Of a stretch of DNA of 64,000 nucleotides, positions 22,603-32,487 are shown in pieces. How positions within the stretch are numbered: position 1 is the first letter of the stretch; each line of letters begins with the position of its first letter. The notes beneath the pieces were generated by a model. The model saw only the letters and a program-made list of their open reading frames with translations. It was not told the origin of the DNA and did no database searches. The translations under genes were made by a program, and so were the position numbers. Source of the stretch: an uncultured Myxococcales bacterium (lineage in GTDB: Bacteria; Myxococcota_A; UBA9042); contig CAJBNH010000137.1 of assembly GCA_903955385.1 (NCBI GenBank), forward strand, positions 10,121-74,120, in the 5' to 3' direction.

Positions 22603-22819
22603 GACGACCTCGATTCTTCCTGTATTTTCAACTTTTCCAGCGGGGGGACCGGGCGCTGGAGGCGTGCAGGATTCACCAACGCACGGTCCTTCGTCAAGGG
22701 TCACTCGCGCGGCAGCCCATCGGATTCGTTGAAGAAGTATCAAAATGGAGCGAGACGTCCCGTTATGGGACATGGTGGGACGGTGGGGGCTGATGGGGCG
22801 CGTTGCCACCACTTCCGCT

Positions 22820-22835
22820 TGGTCCTACGCTTGCA
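22820..22835 (+). promoter_or_regulatory. Candidate sigma-54 -24/-12 promoter upstream of ftcD
   Basis: TGGTCCTACGCTTGCA has GG-N10-GC spacing with TTGCA, about 45 nt upstream of the ATG. The -24 half deviates from TGGCAC. Confidence 0.3.
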
Positions 22836-22879
22836 ACGCGCGGCCACGAACCTCACCGGCCGCGCAAAGGAACGACCGC

Positions 22880-24712
22880 ATGGACCCCCGCGTCGTCGAG
22901 TGCGTACCCAATTTCTCTGAAGGTCGCGATCGCGCCAAGATCGACCAGATCAGCCAAGCGATTGCTTCGGTCGCCGGCGTGCGCCTGCTGGACGTCGATG
23001 TCGGCGCCGATACGAACCGGACGGTCGTTACGTTCATCGGTGCCCCAGAGGCGGTGCTGGAGGCGGCCTTCCGCGCGATCGCCAAGGCCGCGCAGATCCT
23101 GGACATGTCGACGCACCACGGTGCCCATCCTCGCATCGGCGCGACCGACGTTTGCCCACTGGTGCCGGTGTCGGGGATCACGCTGCAGGAGTGCGCGGCA
23201 CTGTCCCGCACCTTGGCCGCGCGCGTCGGCCGCGAGCTCGACATTCCTGTCTACTTGTACGAAGCCGCCGCCACACGTGCCGAGCGCAAGAATTTGGCCA
23301 CCATCCGCAAGGGCGAGTACGAGGGGTTGGCCGACAAGCTTGCCGACCCTGACTGGGCGCCTGATTTCGGACCTGCCAAGTTCAACGCCGGTGCAGGGGC
23401 GACGGTCATCGGTGCCCGCGAGTTTCTGGTCGCCTACAACATTACGCTGAACACCCGTGACAAGGCCTTGGCGACCGACATCGCGTTCGAACTGCGCGAG
23501 AAGGGGCGGGTGGCCCGGGCGCCGTCGGGCAGCGCGGTCTACGGCAAAGGCGCGATCCTGACGTACCGCGAGGGCGCATTTCCCTGCGGCAACTGCGCGT
23601 TCGTGGGGGCGACGCTTCAGGCGACGGCGGACCACTGCCGGCATGAACACGGCTACGACCTGGCTGAGCTGCTGGCAGCGAACGACCTTGATGTCGCCAA
23701 GGGCGTCGTGGGCCAGAAGGTTTATCGCGCCGGCAAGTTCTTGTTCTGCAAAGCAATCGGTTGGTATGTCGAGGAGTATCGCCGAGCGCAGATCTCGATC
23801 AACCTGACCAACTACCGCGTCACACCGCCGCACGTGGTGTTGGACGAGGCCCGGCGGCTGGCGGCTGAGCGGGGGCTGGTCGTCACCGGCAGCGAGGTCG
23901 TGGGACTGGTCCCGTTCCCCGCGCTGTACGAGGCCGGTCGTCACTACCTGCGTGCTCAGGGCAAGTCGCCGTTCGTGCCCGTCGCCGACGTGCTGGAAGC
24001 CGCCGTGTTTTCGATGGGTTTAGCGGATGTGCAGCCGTTCGACCTCAAGAAGAAGGTGCTCGGGCTGCCGCGTGAGGTCGAGAACGGGCTGGCATCGCTG
24101 TCGGTGCGCGCGCTTGCCGACGAGGTCTCGCGAGACACCCCGGCGCCGGGCGGCGGCTCGATCGCGGCGCTGTCGGGGGCGCTGGGGGCCGGTCTCGCCT
24201 CGATGGTCGCCAACCTCTCGTACGGCAAGGGTGAACCCGAACACGACGTGCCGTTGCTGCACGCCGCACAAGCCGCCCAGACCGCCAAGGACGCGTTGTT
24301 GCTGGCAATAGACGACGATACCCAAGCCTTCAACGCGTACATGGACGCACGTCGGCTGCCCTCAGGGACAGAGGCCGAGAAGGCCGATCGCGAAGCAGCG
24401 ATGCAGCACGGGTTGCAGGTGGCGGTCGATGTGCCGCTGGAGACAGCGCGTGCCAGCCTGCGCGCCATGCACGCGGCATGGGCGACCGGCCAGCACGGCA
24501 ATCCCAAGTCGCTGACGGACTCGGCGGTGGGTGTGCAGATGGGCTTTGCGGGTGTCTGCGGCGGCGTGTGGAACGCCTGGATCAACCTGGCAGACATCCA
24601 CGACCCGGCGTACGTGGCGCGCGTGCGAACGGAGTGCGAGGTGTTGCTGGCCGACGCCAAGGCCCTGTCGCTGCAGTGCGAGGCTTGGGTGCGCGAGCGG
24701 ATTGGCGGCTAG
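22880..24712 (+). CDS. ftcD: Glutamate formimidoyltransferase / formiminotetrahydrofolate cyclodeaminase (bifunctional)
   Basis: VECVPNFSEGRD, NRTVVT, HPRIGATDVCPLVP, GAREFLVAYN and cyclodeaminase motif TPAPGGGSIAAL. Confidence 0.93.
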   Translation: MDPRVVECVPNFSEGRDRAKIDQISQAIASVAGVRLLDVDVGADTNRTVVTFIGAPEAVLEAAFRAIAKAAQILDMSTHHGAHPRIGATDVCPLVPVSGITLQECAALSRTLAARVGRELDIPVYLYEAAATRAERKNLATIRKGEYEGLADKLADPDWAPDFGPAKFNAGAGATVIGAREFLVAYNITLNTRDKALATDIAFELREKGRVARAPSGSAVYGKGAILTYREGAFPCGNCAFVGATLQATADHCRHEHGYDLAELLAANDLDVAKGVVGQKVYRAGKFLFCKAIGWYVEEYRRAQISINLTNYRVTPPHVVLDEARRLAAERGLVVTGSEVVGLVPFPALYEAGRHYLRAQGKSPFVPVADVLEAAVFSMGLADVQPFDLKKKVLGLPREVENGLASLSVRALADEVSRDTPAPGGGSIAALSGALGAGLASMVANLSYGKGEPEHDVPLLHAAQAAQTAKDALLLAIDDDTQAFNAYMDARRLPSGTEAEKADREAAMQHGLQVAVDVPLETARASLRAMHAAWATGQHGNPKSLTDSAVGVQMGFAGVCGGVWNAWINLADIHDPAYVARVRTECEVLLADAKALSLQCEAWVRERIGG

Positions 24713-24787
24713 TTGCGCGTGCCTTTGGGCGCACGTGGCGCCGTTGCGTTCGCCCGTGTGCCGTGATCTGCTAGGCGCCGCGGGCCG

Positions 24788-25744
24788 ATGACCCGCCCCA
24801 GGTATGCCATGCCCCGCCGATCCCGCCCCCTGCCGTCCACGCGCCGCGTCGCTGTGTTCGTCGTCGGCATGGTGGTCCTGCCCGCGATCCTGTCGCTGTC
24901 CGTCGGCATCGTCGCGCTGACCTTGTGGCGTGAGGGGTTCGACATTGCCTTCGGTGTGCTGGTCCTGAGCTTTGGCGCCATGGCCATTGCGGGTGGCGTG
25001 CTGTCGATCGCGTGGCTGCGGCAGACGACGCGAATCGCCAGGCTGCAGGCTGAGTTCGTGGGCAACGTGTCGCACGAGCTGAAGACACCGCTGGCCGGCA
25101 TCCGCCTGATGGCCGAGACGCTGGCCCTGGGGCGAGCAGACGACGCCGAGCATCGCCGCGACGTGCTGGAGGCGATGGAGGCCGAGATCGGTCGCCTTGA
25201 GGCATTGGTCGACCGGCTGTTGCGCTGGCGGCGCATCGAAGAGGCCGCGCAGCCGCTGGGTCGCACGCCGCAGCCGGTCGAGGAGCTGGTCGAGGCAGCC
25301 GTCGACCGCTGCCAGCGGATGCTGCGAGAGCAAGGCACCAAGGTTGTCGTGCAGGTGCGAGAGGCAACGCCGGCCGTGATGGGCGACCGCGACACGCTGG
25401 TCGACGCGCTGGGCAATCTGGTCGAGAACGCCCTGAAATTCGGCGGAGATCGCGGTCCGGTCGAGGTGATTGTCCGCCCCGATGGCGACGACGTCGTGTT
25501 CGAGGTGCGTGACCAGGGGCCCGGCATCGCGCCGGCCGAACGCAAGCGAATCTTCGACCGGTTCTATCGGTCGCCGGTGCATCTGAGGTCGCGTCAGGGC
25601 TCCGGGCTGGGTCTGGCCATCGTGCGAGGCACGGTGCTGGCCCACGGCGGTCGGTTGCATGTGGAGAGCGTGCCCGGCATCGGCTCGGTCTTCTTCGTGC
25701 GTCTGCCGGCGGCACCGGTCAAGGAGGGTCGCGATGGCCAGTGA
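24788..25744 (+). CDS. Sensor histidine kinase with two closely spaced TM helices
   Basis: H-box NVSHELKTPL, N-box NLVENALKF, DQGPGI and GSGLGLAIV. Alternative start at 24809. Confidence 0.93.
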   Translation: MTRPRYAMPRRSRPLPSTRRVAVFVVGMVVLPAILSLSVGIVALTLWREGFDIAFGVLVLSFGAMAIAGGVLSIAWLRQTTRIARLQAEFVGNVSHELKTPLAGIRLMAETLALGRADDAEHRRDVLEAMEAEIGRLEALVDRLLRWRRIEEAAQPLGRTPQPVEELVEAAVDRCQRMLREQGTKVVVQVREATPAVMGDRDTLVDALGNLVENALKFGGDRGPVEVIVRPDGDDVVFEVRDQGPGIAPAERKRIFDRFYRSPVHLRSRQGSGLGLAIVRGTVLAHGGRLHVESVPGIGSVFFVRLPAAPVKEGRDGQ

Positions 25745-26423
25745 GCGCCCGACGATTCTGGTGGTCGAGGATGACGCCACGCTGGTGCTGGGGCTGGAGA
25801 TCAACCTGCGCGCCGAGGGTTTTCGCGTCCTCAGCGCTCGCGACGGCCAGACCGGTCTGCGCATGGGTCTGGAGCAGAATCCCGACCTTGCTGTGCTGGA
25901 TCTGGGGCTGCCGGGCATGGACGGTCTGGACGTCCTGGCCGAGTGGCGCAGGCGGGGCCGCGAGCTGCCGGTCATCGTGCTGACGGCGCGGGCGACCTTG
26001 GACGACAAGGTGCTTGGGCTGGGTCAGGGTGCCGACGACTACCTGACCAAGCCATTTCGCATCAAGGAGTTGACGGCACGGATCCGGGCGGCGCTGCGGC
26101 GAGCTGGTCTGGGTCGAGGGCCGCGCCGGGTGCAGCTGGGCGAGGTCGAAGTCGATCTGGATGCGCGCAGGGTCTCGCGGGCGGGAGCGGAAATGGCCTT
26201 GACGGCCAAAGAGTTCGACCTGCTGGCTTTCCTGATCGAGCGCCCCGGGCGGGTGTTCTCGCGTGAGCGGTTGCTCGAGGCCGTGTGGGGCATGGACTAC
26301 GACGGCACCGACCGCACGGTCGACAACTTCGTGCGGTCGCTGCGCGTCAAGGTCGAGGCGGACCCGGCCGAACCCCGGCACGTCGTGACCGTGCGCGGGG
26401 CAGGCTATCGGTTTGAGGCGTGA
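25734..26423 (+). CDS. OmpR/PhoB-family response regulator
   Basis: ILVVEDD, LDLGLPGMDG, GADDYLTKPF, winged helix LTAKEFDLL...TVRGAGYRF. Overlaps the kinase stop, with AGGAGG RBS. Confidence 0.95.
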   Translation: MASERPTILVVEDDATLVLGLEINLRAEGFRVLSARDGQTGLRMGLEQNPDLAVLDLGLPGMDGLDVLAEWRRRGRELPVIVLTARATLDDKVLGLGQGADDYLTKPFRIKELTARIRAALRRAGLGRGPRRVQLGEVEVDLDARRVSRAGAEMALTAKEFDLLAFLIERPGRVFSRERLLEAVWGMDYDGTDRTVDNFVRSLRVKVEADPAEPRHVVTVRGAGYRFEA

Positions 26424-26454
26424 TGCGAGAAGACCAAGCACCGAGCGGGGTTGG

Positions 26455-27873
26455 CTAGCTCGCCGTGAGCTTCTCGACGTCCAGCTTGCGCTTCAATAGC
26501 AACAGCGCGATGGGCGACACCAGCGTCGAGAGACCCACAATCAGCCACATCAGCTCGGTGTTGCGCGGTCCAGTGGCGGGCGCGAGATGGGCCAACAGAA
26601 TCCCGGCCATCGGTCCTGCTCCCACCTTGGCGACGAACATCGGCGCCATCGAATACGACATGTAGGTCGCCTCGCGTCCCGGAGGCGCAATCGACGCGGT
26701 GTAGTCGTACAGCCGAGGCGACCACAACGCCTCGCCAAAGCTGAGGAAGACCTGAAACGCGACGATGAGCCAGATGCTCTCGCCGAGCGTCATGAACAGC
26801 ACCGAGCTGGCCGAGACGAAGGTGCCGAGAATGATGACGTTGTAGGCGCGCATCCGCCGGGTGAAGGCCGTGACGACGGGCACCAGGAAGATGATGATGA
26901 AGGGGTTGATCGCATAGAGCTTGCCCGTCCACGCCTTCAGCCCGATGCGGTCCATGTACAGCGGATACAGCAAGTTGTTGTACTGGAAGATCATCTTGAC
27001 CAGCACACACAGCCCGATGAAGGCGATGAACAGCCAGAACGCCTTTTCGCGCATGATGTCGCGGGCGATGGTCAGGGCGCTCTCTTTGTGCCCCGCCTTG
27101 GGCGCCTCTTTGCCCGCGGCTGAGGCCCGTGCCAGCGCCGCCGCATGTTCCTCGGCCTCCTTGCGCTCCGTGAAGCCGGGCACCCGCTTGCGCAGCGCCA
27201 GGGCCGCGATGAGCAGCGACACCACCGTCAGACCGACGCTCATCAGGAACACCACTTGCGTGGGCCGCACCGTCAGCACGTGGCTGGCGACCTGCACGTC
27301 GAAGGGCTTGGTGAAGGTGGTCCGAAGGGCGTCGATGGTCAGGCCGGCCACCAAGGCGCCGACGTTCATCATCACGTAATACCAAGAGAATCCATACGAT
27401 TGGGTCGACTTGTCGGTGTACTGCTTCACCGCGGCGGTCAACAGCGGAATCAGCGAAGCAAAGCCGATGGACAGGCAGAAGAGGCCCGGAAACACGATGC
27501 GAGGGTCTGTCGAAAAGCTGATGGCGATGCGACCCACCAGCGCCACGACAAAGCCGGCCAGGATCGCCCGCTTGACCCCCAAGGCGTCGCCGACGAAACC
27601 GATGAACAGCATGAAGAACGAGAACGAGGCCGAGAAGATGCCGGCGATGGTGCCAGCGGTCACATCGTCGTAGCCCATGTCCTTGGTCAGGAAGGGCATC
27701 AGCATCAGCACGGCAGAGAAATAGCACAGCGATTCAATGATCTTCAGCAGGTACACGACCCAGATCTCTCGCGGGCAGCCCAGAAGACCCTTGAAGCCGC
27801 GGACATAGTCCAGCGCAGCTTCGCGGATGGCCTTGCCGGGCGAGAAAGGGGGGGACACGGCGGAGGTCGTCAT
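26455..27873 (-). CDS. MFS transporter (peptide/POT-like)
   Basis: About 12 hydrophobic helices; MFS motif A-like GFVGDALGVKRA; GFSWYYVMMNVG; GEALWSPRLYDY. Confidence 0.85.
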   Translation of the reverse strand: MTTSAVSPPFSPGKAIREAALDYVRGFKGLLGCPREIWVVYLLKIIESLCYFSAVLMLMPFLTKDMGYDDVTAGTIAGIFSASFSFFMLFIGFVGDALGVKRAILAGFVVALVGRIAISFSTDPRIVFPGLFCLSIGFASLIPLLTAAVKQYTDKSTQSYGFSWYYVMMNVGALVAGLTIDALRTTFTKPFDVQVASHVLTVRPTQVVFLMSVGLTVVSLLIAALALRKRVPGFTERKEAEEHAAALARASAAGKEAPKAGHKESALTIARDIMREKAFWLFIAFIGLCVLVKMIFQYNNLLYPLYMDRIGLKAWTGKLYAINPFIIIFLVPVVTAFTRRMRAYNVIILGTFVSASSVLFMTLGESIWLIVAFQVFLSFGEALWSPRLYDYTASIAPPGREATYMSYSMAPMFVAKVGAGPMAGILLAHLAPATGPRNTELMWLIVGLSTLVSPIALLLLKRKLDVEKLTAS

Positions 27874-27937
27874 GGGTGCGCTCCTGGGGGTGTGGGGGGG
27901 GGAAACGAGGCGGGTCGACCGCAAGCAGCAGGGTGAC

Positions 27938-28693
27938 CTACTCGTCCGTCGCGCGGTCGTGGGGCCTGCCGCCGCCGCCGTAGCCGACCGTGACGGTCAG
28001 GATGAGGAAGCTGTCCTCGCTGGTACTGCCGGTCTGAACGTTCTGCCACACCGTCTGCAGCCAGTCGACCGACGGCATGACGTGCAAGCCGCCGGCGCGC
28101 AGCTCGATGCCGGCACTTGCCCCGGTCGTCATCAGGTTGCCTTCCAGACCGCGCAGGTCGGAGTTGGTCTGGTTGCCAGCGATCGAAAGGTTGGACCAGC
28201 CGACGTAGGGGGCGAGGTTGAGGGCGAGATGGTCGTTCAGGTCGAAGGTCGCGATGAGCGGCAGCGTGACCGAGGGCCCCTCGTACAGCAGCAGCGCCCG
28301 GTAGGCGACGGCGGGGGCGAGGGCAAGGTGCAGGCCTCCCTCGTGAAAGAATCGGTACTTGGCGTCCAACTCGGCCATCATGCTGCCGAATCCAAAGCGA
28401 CCGCCGATCTCCAGATCGTCGTCGGCGCCCACGTGGATCGAGACCTCGGGGAAGATGTTGGGCAGGAAGGTCGACTCGCCGCCGGACGTGTCGATCGAGC
28501 CGTCCGGGTTGGTCACCGTCACGCTGGGCGTCTGGTAGCGGGTGGCCGACATCGACAGGGCCATATCGACGGCGCCCGGGTCGAGGGTGCGGGCGGTGCG
28601 GTACACGCCGGAGGTCAGACAGCCTGGCAACAGCGCGGCGGCCAATAGCAGTGCACACATCGGGGTGAGGGGGCGCAGCGGGGCGAGGTGCAT
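27938..28693 (-). CDS. Hypothetical lipoprotein, probable outer-membrane beta-barrel
   Basis: Lipobox LPGC, TARTLDPG motif and alternating amphipathic beta-strands. Confidence 0.65.
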   Translation of the reverse strand: MHLAPLRPLTPMCALLLAAALLPGCLTSGVYRTARTLDPGAVDMALSMSATRYQTPSVTVTNPDGSIDTSGGESTFLPNIFPEVSIHVGADDDLEIGGRFGFGSMMAELDAKYRFFHEGGLHLALAPAVAYRALLLYEGPSVTLPLIATFDLNDHLALNLAPYVGWSNLSIAGNQTNSDLRGLEGNLMTTGASAGIELRAGGLHVMPSVDWLQTVWQNVQTGSTSEDSFLILTVTVGYGGGGRPHDRATDE

Positions 28694-28850
28694 GGGGCTC
28701 CTGGGCCGAAGAGTGTGTGGGCCGCAGCGTAGGCGGGGCCGACGGCCGGCACAAGGGAGCACGTCTTGCTGCGTGCGTCGCGCTTGCCAGTCGCCGCGGC
28801 CGCGGCTACGGTCCCGGAGGTTCGCCCCTTTCCACGCCCGGAGGCCCCCC

Positions 28851-30677
28851 ATGACCGCGCTGACGCTTGCTGATTTCAATCGAGACTACCTGACGTTGCA
28901 TGTGGCGAAAGAGGACCTCTTCTGGACGACCTACATGGGCACAGAGGCGGACGGCAGCAAGCTGGAGGTCGCCGAGGGGGCCTACAAGGCGTGGATCTCG
29001 GACCCGGCGCGGCTGCGCGAGGTGCGCGAGGCACTGGCGGTGACGGCGGCGACCGACGCGGACGAAGTGCAGGGCCTGACCGGCTGGCAGCACTTCTTCG
29101 AGGCCAACGGCATCGACAGCGACGAAGGGCGGCGGCTGCAGGGCAAGCTGATCGAGTTGGAGAGCCAGCTATTCCAGAAGCGCTCGAAATTCCAGATGTT
29201 CTACGAGGACGCCAAGGGTGAGCGGCACCAAGGCTCGACCAACGTCATGGCCGCCCACATCGCGGCGAATGCCGACGAGACGGTGCGCAGGACGTCGCAC
29301 CAAGCGCTGCGCACGCTGGAGCAGTGGGTGCTCGACAACGGCTTTCTGGACATCGTGCGCGAGCGCAACGCGTTCGCCCGCGCGCTCGGGTTCCCCGACT
29401 ACTTCGAGTACAAGATCCAGAAGAACGAGCAGATGTCGCGCGCCCGACTGTTCCAGATCCTGGACGAATTCGAGGCGATGACGCGCGACACGCACCTGGC
29501 CGCCCTGCGCCGGTTGGGCAACGAGAAGGGCCTCCAAGCGCTGGAGCCCTGGAACCTGAAGTACGCCGTCGCGGGCAGCGTGCAGCAGGAGCTGGACCCG
29601 TACCTGCCGTTCGAGCACTCGCTGCAGAGGTGGGCCAAGAGCTTTGCGCGTCTGGGCATCGGCTACCGCGGCGCCAGTCTGGTGCTGGACCTGTGCGACC
29701 GCCCCGGCAAGTACGAGAACGGCTTCATGCACGGCCCGCAGCCCTGCTTCTTCGACAAGGGCACCTGGCGGCCGGCGCGCATCCACTTCACAAGCAACGC
29801 CACGCCGTCGCAGGTCGGCAGCGGTCGCGCGGGGCTGACGACGCTGTTCCACGAGGGCGGCCACGCCGCGCACTTTGCCAACATCACGGGCAACGCGCCG
29901 TGTTTCTCGCAAGAGTACCCGCCGACGTCGATGGCGTTGGCCGAGACCCAGTCGATGTTCTGCGACTCGCTGATCGGCGATGCGGACTGGCTGGCCCTGT
30001 ACGCGCGTGACCTGAACGGCAAGCCCGTCCCCGAGGCCCTGTTGCAGGCCGTGGTGACCGCCGACCAGCCGTTCCGCGCCTTCAACGAGCGGATGTTGCT
30101 GCTGGTGCCGACGTTTGAGAGCCGCCTGTATGCCATGGACGACGCGGCGCGGACGCCTGAGGCGGTGCTGGAGCTGGCGCGCATGTGCGAGCGCGAGGTG
30201 TTGGGCATCGCTGGTTCGCCGCGCCCGCTGCTGGCGATCCCGCACCTGTTGTCGGGCGAGGGGGCGGCGTCGTACCAAGGCTACCTGCTGGCGCACATGG
30301 GGGTGTACCAGACCCGCGCCTTCTTCCAGCAGCGCGACGGACAGTTGACAGATAATCCGCGCATCGGACCGGATCTGGCCAAGCACTACTGGAACCCCGG
30401 CAACTCCCAGAGTCACGACCAGACGTTGCACGGCCTGACCGGACAGGGGCTGTCGGGGCGGGCGCTGGCGGAGTTCTGCAACGTCGCCCCCGACACCCTG
30501 TGGCAGCACGCCCGCGAGGAGATGCTCGAAGCGATGGCGCGCCCGAAGACCGAGACGCAGGCCGACTTGCACGCGAGCATCCGCATCGTGCACGGCGCGC
30601 AGTTGATCGCCGACAACACCGTGTCGATGCAGGCCATGTGGGACGCGTTCGCGGCCTGGGTGACCGGGCTGCGGTGA
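28851..30677 (+). CDS. M3-family zinc metallopeptidase (oligopeptidase)
   Basis: TLFHEGGHAAH, AETQSMF, RPGKYENGF; GGAGG RBS. Confidence 0.88.
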   Translation: MTALTLADFNRDYLTLHVAKEDLFWTTYMGTEADGSKLEVAEGAYKAWISDPARLREVREALAVTAATDADEVQGLTGWQHFFEANGIDSDEGRRLQGKLIELESQLFQKRSKFQMFYEDAKGERHQGSTNVMAAHIAANADETVRRTSHQALRTLEQWVLDNGFLDIVRERNAFARALGFPDYFEYKIQKNEQMSRARLFQILDEFEAMTRDTHLAALRRLGNEKGLQALEPWNLKYAVAGSVQQELDPYLPFEHSLQRWAKSFARLGIGYRGASLVLDLCDRPGKYENGFMHGPQPCFFDKGTWRPARIHFTSNATPSQVGSGRAGLTTLFHEGGHAAHFANITGNAPCFSQEYPPTSMALAETQSMFCDSLIGDADWLALYARDLNGKPVPEALLQAVVTADQPFRAFNERMLLLVPTFESRLYAMDDAARTPEAVLELARMCEREVLGIAGSPRPLLAIPHLLSGEGAASYQGYLLAHMGVYQTRAFFQQRDGQLTDNPRIGPDLAKHYWNPGNSQSHDQTLHGLTGQGLSGRALAEFCNVAPDTLWQHAREEMLEAMARPKTETQADLHASIRIVHGAQLIADNTVSMQAMWDAFAAWVTGLR

Positions 30678-30718
30678 GGCAGCCGTCGGGTTTCGCTGCT
30701 CTTGCGGCGCGCGATGCT

Positions 30719-31600
30719 CTAGGGCAGCTGGCAAGTTCCCGACTGGCAGGACTGGCCCACCGCACAAGCAACCGGGGGCAAATAGCCCGTGCCGCAGGCG
30801 TCGCAGGTCGCCACGCCCTTCTGGATGCAGACCGAGCCGTCCGGCACACACACGGCGTCGGGCGATGCGAACTGCGTGAACTCCAGCGCGAATTGGACCT
30901 TCGTCTCGCCGCCACCCACAGGCGCCACCGCCAGCACCTCGACCTCACCGCCCGCGCCGACGCCCAGATGCGGAGCCTGGACGGCCCCCGTGCCCATGCG
31001 ATGCAGTGTCGCCAGCGGCACGGGATAGCCGTACGTCAGCTTGCCGACCGTCAGCGCTTGCGGCAGCAGCAGCACCAGGTTCACATCGCCCACAGGCCCT
31101 AGCGTCAGCGCCGCCTGCAGACTCAGGACGGCCGAGCCCTTCCACTGGTTCGGCTGAAGGATCGCGGCGTTGAGCTTGACCGCCAGACCGGCGAATGTGC
31201 CCGTGACCGTGCCGGTGCACTTCGAGACCGCCTCGCCGGAGACGACCTCGCAGCTCACCTCGCCCGACAACGCACCTGCCGTCGGCAGGCAGGCGGAGCG
31301 CCCGACCTCGTACCCCACACACCGCGCGTCGGGCAGGCAAGTGCCGCCTTCGCTGCCGCACTTCGGACGGCAGATGCCGGTGGTGGGCGTGGACGCGGGG
31401 CGGACGCACAGGCCGTTGCCGCAGTCGGTGTCGTCGGAGCAAGCCGCACAGGTGGCCGGTGTGGTGTCGGGCAAGGCCTGCACGTCGGCCGAGTCTGTCG
31501 CCGTGTCGGCGGGGCTTGCGGGCAGCGAGGACCCGTCGCAGGCGGAAAGGGCCAGCAGCGAAAACAACGCGAGGGGTCCAAAAAACTGCTGCGGGTTCAT
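30719..31600 (-). CDS. Hypothetical Cys-rich lipoprotein
   Basis: MNPQQFF start, lipobox LSAC, Asp/Thr tether and Cys clusters flanking a beta-rich core. Confidence 0.7.
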   Translation of the reverse strand: MNPQQFFGPLALFSLLALSACDGSSLPASPADTATDSADVQALPDTTPATCAACSDDTDCGNGLCVRPASTPTTGICRPKCGSEGGTCLPDARCVGYEVGRSACLPTAGALSGEVSCEVVSGEAVSKCTGTVTGTFAGLAVKLNAAILQPNQWKGSAVLSLQAALTLGPVGDVNLVLLLPQALTVGKLTYGYPVPLATLHRMGTGAVQAPHLGVGAGGEVEVLAVAPVGGGETKVQFALEFTQFASPDAVCVPDGSVCIQKGVATCDACGTGYLPPVACAVGQSCQSGTCQLP

Positions 31601-31811
31601 GGGGTTCTCCTGCCCGGCAGGCGCGATCTGGTTTGGGGGGGGCGGTGCCAGCCCCGACGGAGCCAAGCGAGGCGCGGTCGCGCAGGCCATTCTGTTCCAC
31701 ATCGAACCGCGAGCCAACCTGTTGAAGTGCCTGGCGGCATCGGCAATGAGTCCGCGGCAGGGATCGACTTGACCGGTCCAACTTGCTAGAAGTGCTTGCG
31801 TGGAGGGCACC

Positions 31812-32465
31812 GTGGTCGACGATTCGAACATTTCGCGCAGGCGCTGGGTATGGCCGACCGTGGCGATCCTTGTCGTGCTTGCGACGTTGGGCACCCGGGC
31901 AACGCTTCAGCAGCAAGCGGCGTGGACCGAAGGCGTCACACTGGAGCAACAGGGCGACATCGCCGGTGCCGTCGCGGCCTATCGGTCCACCCTGCGTTGG
32001 TACACCCCGTGGGGTCCTGTCTGGCAGGACGCTGCCGAAGCTCTGGTCGATCTGGCCAACCGCTCGCAGGGACAGGAGCCCGAGCGCGCGCTGCTGGCCC
32101 TCGAAGCCCTGCGCTCGGGCCTTGTCGCGGCCCGGTCCCTGTGGCAGCCGCGCGCGGACCTGCTGGACAACGCCAACCGCACGCTGCCCGAGCTGATGGT
32201 GCGCGTGGCCGAACGCCAAGGGGACACCCGCAACACCAAGCAACTGCTCGCCAAGTTCCAGGCAGACTACGAGCGTCCGGTGGGGGTTGGTCCGTTGGCC
32301 TCGCTGGCGGTGTTGCTGGGTTTCCTGACGTGGGCCGGGTGTCTGGTCGCGGCCTTCTGGCGTGGGGTCGATGACAAGGGCCGCCTGACCCGTGCCGCGT
32401 GGACATGGGGCGCGGGGTCATTGGCGGGTCTCGCGGTCTGGCTGCTGGCGATGGGGTTGGCTTGA
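31812..32465 (+). CDS. Hypothetical membrane protein (N-terminal TM, helical TPR-like region, two C-terminal TMs)
   Basis: GTG start with GGAGG; hydrophobic segments at both ends; helical middle GDIAGAVAAYR. Confidence 0.7.
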   Translation: MVDDSNISRRRWVWPTVAILVVLATLGTRATLQQQAAWTEGVTLEQQGDIAGAVAAYRSTLRWYTPWGPVWQDAAEALVDLANRSQGQEPERALLALEALRSGLVAARSLWQPRADLLDNANRTLPELMVRVAERQGDTRNTKQLLAKFQADYERPVGVGPLASLAVLLGFLTWAGCLVAAFWRGVDDKGRLTRAAWTWGAGSLAGLAVWLLAMGLA

Positions 32466-32487
32466 GCTTGGGTTGTTCGGGGGCAAC

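Noticed and set aside
27894-27902. G9 homopolymer about 20 nt upstream of the MFS start as a phase-variation switch
   Set aside because: Runs of 7-9 G/C occur several times in this GC-rich window, and there is no evidence of length variation from a single sequence.
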